Positions 59,560 to 64,000 of a DNA stretch of 64,000 nucleotides are shown piece after piece. The position numbers and the translations under genes were made by a program. Each line of letters begins with the position of its first letter. Position 1 is the stretch's first letter. The notes under the pieces are model-generated. The model did no database searches, was not told where the DNA came from, and saw only the letters and a program-made list of their open reading frames with translations. Source of the stretch: Eledone cirrhosa (Eukaryota). Location of the stretch: assembly GCA_964016885.1 (NCBI GenBank), contig OZ024741.1, positions 388,430,001 through 388,494,000 on the forward strand, written 5' to 3'.

Positions 59560-62196
59560 TATATTATAAAGAGTCTGGACAAGCTCCAGAGGCGATGGAG
59601 CGAGGAACCTTACTGGGACTCAAGCTGCAAAGAGACAAGGCGGGCACACTGGTATTTTGGAGGGGAAATGAAGTCCTGGAACTGGGCACTGACATAGACA
59701 GATGAGAACTTTTGTCAATGTGTGGGAAATTGGTCAGCCACTATCCAATCGCAGGGTGGCTCCAAACAGCGAGCAGCTATGTCAAGAGATGAGCAGATGG
59801 GGGTGAACTAGAGAGACAGGGTAGGAGATAGGAAGGTGGCCATGATGCAGGAGACCATGGAGAGGGTAAAGGCAGATGACCAAGTAAGAAGAAGCTGGTT
59901 CATCCCGAAATCGGAGAATGGGACCATATGGTATCATGCCAGCAGCATAGTCCTAGGGGTCACTCTAGAAATAAGGGGTGTCGAGATCGATGGTGCAGTC
60001 TGGCTCAGGAAGAAGGAGGACTGCAACCACATCAACGTGGCCAAACTGGAAGCTGTGCTGAGGGGTGCAAATCTTGCTGTGATATGGGGGCTGCATACCA
60101 TAGAGATTCATGCTGATTCAGCCACTGTACTTGGATGAGTGAGATCAGTGCTTACCAGTGAGAGGAGGGTGCAAATGAGAGGGGTGGCAGAAATGTTAAT
60201 AAAGCGCCACCTGGGAACTCTGGGAGAGCTGGCTGCTGAGTTCAGCCTGAAGTTGAGTGTGGTCTTTATACTCTCAAAGAAAAATATAGCGGATATCTTA
60301 ACCAGGGTGAACAAAGCCTAGCTGGAAGCACCAGAGGATGCCGAAAAGGGGATATCTGCAGTGTGTCGGCTAAGTGACTCAGATTTGAGGAGGTTGTATA
60401 CCATGCATCATATGGGAGTGGATAGGACCCTGTTCCCTAGCCAGGAAAGTTGACTCTAACATTACCAGACAGAGTGTCCAGAAATTGGTTGGGAGTTGCA
60501 ACAGATGCCAGTCTATTGATCCTGCCGCGGGTGTGCATGAGACAGATAGCATCTGGTGGAGCACAACAGATGCCAGTCTATTGATCCTGCCCCGGGTGTG
60601 CATGAGACAGATAGCATCTGGTGGAGCACAACAGATGCCAGTCTATTGATCCTGCCCCGGGTGTGCATGAGACAGATAGCATCCTGGTGGAGCACAACAG
60701 ATGCCAGTCTATGGATCCTGCCCCGGGTGTGCATGAGACAGATAGCATCTGGTGGAGCACAACAGATGCCAGTCTATTGATCCTGCCCCGGGTGTGCATG
60801 AGACAGATAGCATCTGGTGGAGCACAACAGATGCCAGTCTATGGATCCTGCCCCGGGTGTGCATGAGACAGATAGCATCCTGGGGGAGCACAACAGATGC
60901 CAGTCTATGGATCCTGCCCCGGGTGTGCATGAGACAGATAGCATCTGGTGGAGCACAACAGATGCCAGTCTATTGATCCTGCCCCGGGTGTGCATGAGAC
61001 AGATAGCATCCTGGGGGAGCACAACAGATGCCAGTCTATTGATCCTGCCCCGGGTGTGCATGAGACAGATAGCATCTGGTGGAGCACAACAGATGCCAGT
61101 CTATTGATCCTGCCCCGGGTGTGCACGAGACAGATAGCATCTGGTGGAGCACAACAGATGCCAGTCTATTGATCCTGCCGCGGGTGTGCATGAGACAGAT
61201 AGCATCTGGTGGAGCACAACAGATGCCAGTCTATTGATCCTGCCGCGGGTGTGCATGAGACAGATAGCATCTGGTGGAGCACAACAGATGCCAGTCTATT
61301 GATCCTGCCCCGGGTGTGCATGAGACAGATAGCATCTGGTGGAGCACAACAGATGCCAGTCTATTGATCCTGCCCCGGGTGTGCATGAGACAGATAGCAT
61401 CTGGTGGAGCACAACAGATGCCAGTCTATTGATCCTGCCCCGGGTGTGCATGAGACAGATAGCATCCTGGTGGAGCACAATTGGAAGCGATTGGCAGTGG
61501 ATGTAACACACTACCAACAAGGGATATATCCCTTAATGGTCGATTGATGGCGATATGGAGGGAGATGAAGACGGGAATTGCGGAGGAAATGATGCAGACG
61601 CTAAGAGAGATATTGTTGGTGCAAGGTCCTGTGGATGAACTATTGATGGATAACAGTACAGTATTTTCTTGGAGGTGCTGAAGGAGATGCTGAATGGGTG
61701 GAATGTCAGTTGCTTCCTCAGAGCGGCGTGGCGTACAGGCTGAGCAGAAATGGGATCATGGAGAGACACCATCGCACGGTCAAGGCCATGCGGAAAGGGG
61801 GCACATTTTGCCAATGGAGGCAGTATTCTGGTACAACATATCTTCTTGGGTGGGACAAGCCCCCAAAATGTGCGCTGCACATCTCAATGGTGGAAGGGAA
61901 CGGCAATGGCTGTAAATTCCTGAATCAATATGTCTGTGGATGGAATGCCGCATCGTGTCTTGAATGTCCGTAGAATTGTTGATTTGACGGACTTCAAAGA
62001 AGAGGAGAATGAAAGTGCCACTACAACTGTGCTGTGATCACAACAGGAATGCTGTCCACCCAGGTGATGGGTTTGACATGGAGGAATATAATGGGGTGAT
62101 TAATCCTTGAGATCAGGGGGCATGTGAAGCTGCAGAAAAGGGACTGCCGGAATTTGGAGGACGTCTTACTGGAAACGAAAGACAAGTGCTGTCACA
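59560..62196 (+). mobile_element. Decayed Ty3/Gypsy LTR retrotransposon: RT end, RNase H, integrase, PPT and short 3' LTR
   Basis: GKLVSHYPIAGWLQTASSYVKR; RNase H WYHASS..HINVAKLEAVLRGANLA..HADSATV..NIADILTRV; integrase HHMGVDRTL..CNRCQSIDPAP..WKRLAVDVTHY..ELLMDNSTVF..NGIMERHHRTVK; GATCAGGGGG followed by TGTGA. Confidence 0.85.
60499..61480 (+). repeat. 65/66-bp tandem repeat, 15 copies, derived from integrase coding sequence
   Basis: Unit CAACAGATGCCAGTCTATTGATCCTGCCCCGGGTGTGCATGAGACAGATAGCATC(C)TGGTGGAGCA; 11 x 65 + 4 x 66 = 979 bp. Confidence 0.97.
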
Positions 62197-62206
62197 TCAG
62201 GGTTCG

Positions 62207-62320
62207 GGCGCGTGGCTGAGTGGTAAGAGAATTGAATTCGCAATCGAGAAATTGTGAGTTCAATTCCTAGACCGGACGATGCGTTATGTCCTTGAACAAA
62301 ACACTTTATTTCATGTTGCT
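62207..62320 (+). mobile_element. tRNA-derived SINE head
   Basis: GGCGCGTGGCTGAGTGGTAAGA (A box), GAGTTCAATTCC (B box), then a TGTCCTTGAACAAAACACTTTA core. Confidence 0.65.
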
Positions 62321-62514
62321 TCTTCTACCTGGTGTTGGGACCACTAGAGAGTATTATTAATTGGAAAGACCAACGGAAACATTGTTTCCTCGGTCCGATT
62401 TGACAAAAGTCGATCAACTGTCGATATATATGTATATATACTTATGTGAACCCCGGGTTCAATCAGGGGTAACCACAGTAAATAAGGTGCTCAATACATT
62501 AATAGAGTGTATAC

Positions 62515-62614
62515 AACAAATTTAATATAGAAATGGCTTTTACAGGACTAGAACTGTTTCACTTGAATGAAACAGTTCTAGTTCTGTAGAAGGCATTTCT
62601 ATATTAAATTTGTT
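62515..62614. repeat. 100-bp foldback: 47-bp arms, 3 mismatches, 6-nt loop
   Basis: AACAAATTTAATATAGAAATGGCTTTTACAGGACTAGAACTGTTTCA-cttgaa-TGAAACAGTTCTAGTTCTGTAGAAGGCATTTCTATATTAAATTTGTT. Confidence 0.92.
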
Positions 62615-62935
62615 ATATATATATATATATATTGATGATGATGATTATATATGTGTGTGTGTATGTGAATGTGTGCGATATAAATGTGTCTGTATGTAAC
62701 AATTTCATTAAAGGAGCACCAATATTACATCTGAAGTTCTGTGTTCCACTTTATTATTATTTAGTATAAGTTTATTGGCTTCTATAGATAATTGAAAAAT
62801 ACAAAACCAATATCAATCTTATAGTTCCAACAATGCATACAACCATGTATTTGCTGGGAAGTTATAAAATGCAATGGAATTATTATTATTAATGCTATAT
62901 TTGTCATACTGAATTGTCTTTAAATCTAAAATTAA

Positions 62936-63014
62936 ATCTATCTACCTACCTACTTACCTCCCTATTTCTCTTTCTCTCTCTCTCCTCTATATTTCTATCT
63001 ATCTACTTAACTAC

Positions 63015-63077
<63 letters not shown>

Positions 63078-63121
63078 TCCCTCTATCTATTTATTTATCA
63101 AACTACCTGTCTATCTATCTC
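62936..63121 (+). repeat. (TC)n and (ATCT)n microsatellite
   Basis: Directly visible. Confidence 0.9.
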
Positions 63122-63458
63122 AAAGAAGATAGACGTGTTTTTGTTTCGCTCCTGCATTTTGTCGGAATTTATTACGAGAAGCGGTAGGTTTGTTTAAGCT
63201 ACTTGTTATTTGTTGTGTTTAACCCCTCGCCTGGGACTGAAGACGTTGGGTAAAATAAATTTTGCCCCTTTTTGGGGCGAAATTTGATAGTTATAAGTTA
63301 TCGATAAAAAGTCGTTTAGTGACAATGGACGCCATTAACACGATGCATGCCATGCCCCCCAAGAAAGTGATAGAGAGAAGGTAGCAGCAGAACGCTGTAA
63401 GCCTTCCCTCCTCACTCCCGCAAAAGACACCACGGAATCAAAAGAAAAAATTGTGGCA

Positions 63459-64000
63459 ATGGGTGAAAACCCCAAAAGTAACAATTACACAAGCGAGAAC
63501 AACAATGACAATAACAACACAATCAACAACAGCAACAATGACAATAACAACACAACCAACAACAGCAATAATGACAACACCAACAAAGGAAAAAAGCAAG
63601 CCAACACGAATAACAACAACAACAACAATGATAACAACACGAAAGAAAACGGACCCACAGCTGCAGTCTCCTTCGCCCAGGCGGTTCGAGAAACGCAGAC
63701 ATACAAGGCACTGGACATCTCGAATGCCAAGAAATTGCTGAAAGAAGCAAGGAATTGTGTAAGTTTCGGGGAAGGTAGGGAATTCACAATTACCTCCCCC
63801 GAAGAAATTAGAAGGGACACAATCCTCAGGACCGTAATTTTTAGGACAGTTTCGAACGCGACTAGGAAACCGGCTCAATTGTCCCAAAGTGAAATTGAGC
63901 TGGTCCTAAGTAGTGCCTGGAAGGATATCGCTTTCATACAGAAAGGGAAACTGTATGGAAGCATATCTGTTTTAATGCAAGATGAATTGGTGGCACGGAA
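63459..64000 (+). CDS. Open ORF running off the window; probable non-LTR retrotransposon ORF1 (gag-like)
   Basis: MGENPKSNNYTSENNNDNNN..GPTAAVSFAQAVRETQTYKALDISNAKKLL..DIAFIQKGKLYGSISVLMQDELVAR: 180 codons with no stop. Has an S(F/Y)A motif and a CpG-rich leader from about 63130. Confidence 0.6.
   Translation, partial: MGENPKSNNYTSENNNDNNNTINNSNNDNNNTTNNSNNDNTNKGKKQANTNNNNNNNDNNTKENGPTAAVSFAQAVRETQTYKALDISNAKKLLKEARNCVSFGEGREFTITSPEEIRRDTILRTVIFRTVSNATRKPAQLSQSEIELVLSSAWKDIAFIQKGKLYGSISVLMQDELVAR

Noticed and set aside
60499-61480. CRISPR-like array
   Set aside because: The units are contiguous with no unique spacers, no cas genes are present, and the unit is integrase coding sequence.
62207-62275. 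tRNA gene
   Set aside because: A and B boxes are present, but there is no convincing cloverleaf and it continues into a SINE core.
63350-63366. Programmed -1 frameshift at CCCCCCAAG
   Set aside because: Not a canonical X-XXY-YYZ heptamer; a homopolymer indel or downstream start is more likely.

Overview
Eukaryotic, repeat-dominated DNA with no confidently intact host gene. The SINE, MITE and RTE families resemble octopus repeats; this is recognition from memory, not a search. About 40 kb (c.6.5-46.9 kb) is a single 33-bp CA/TG minisatellite in two opposite orientations: a 5.5-kb CA arm and a 34.6-kb TG arm. The TG arm is bracketed by two diverged direct copies of a 250-330-bp 'cap' and is built from nested higher-order duplications (periods 667 bp to about 24.8 kb). 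Nearly all ORFs in the track are artefacts of this array. The left flank holds a decayed hAT (DUF4371-type) transposon interrupted by a full-length Chapaev3-like element (13-bp TIRs, TTA TSD), plus an RTE fragment and a 30-bp perfect palindrome. The right flank holds a decayed Penelope-like element (RT + GIY-YIG) with a candidate minimal hammerhead ribozyme. It also has 17-bp and 48-bp minisatellites, MITEs, SINEs, RTE 3' ends, and a Gypsy pol remnant whose integrase contains a 15-copy 65/66-bp tandem amplification. The window ends in the 5' part of a young LINE-like ORF1 that the ORF track missed. There is no CRISPR array, and no new biological system can be demonstrated from sequence alone.
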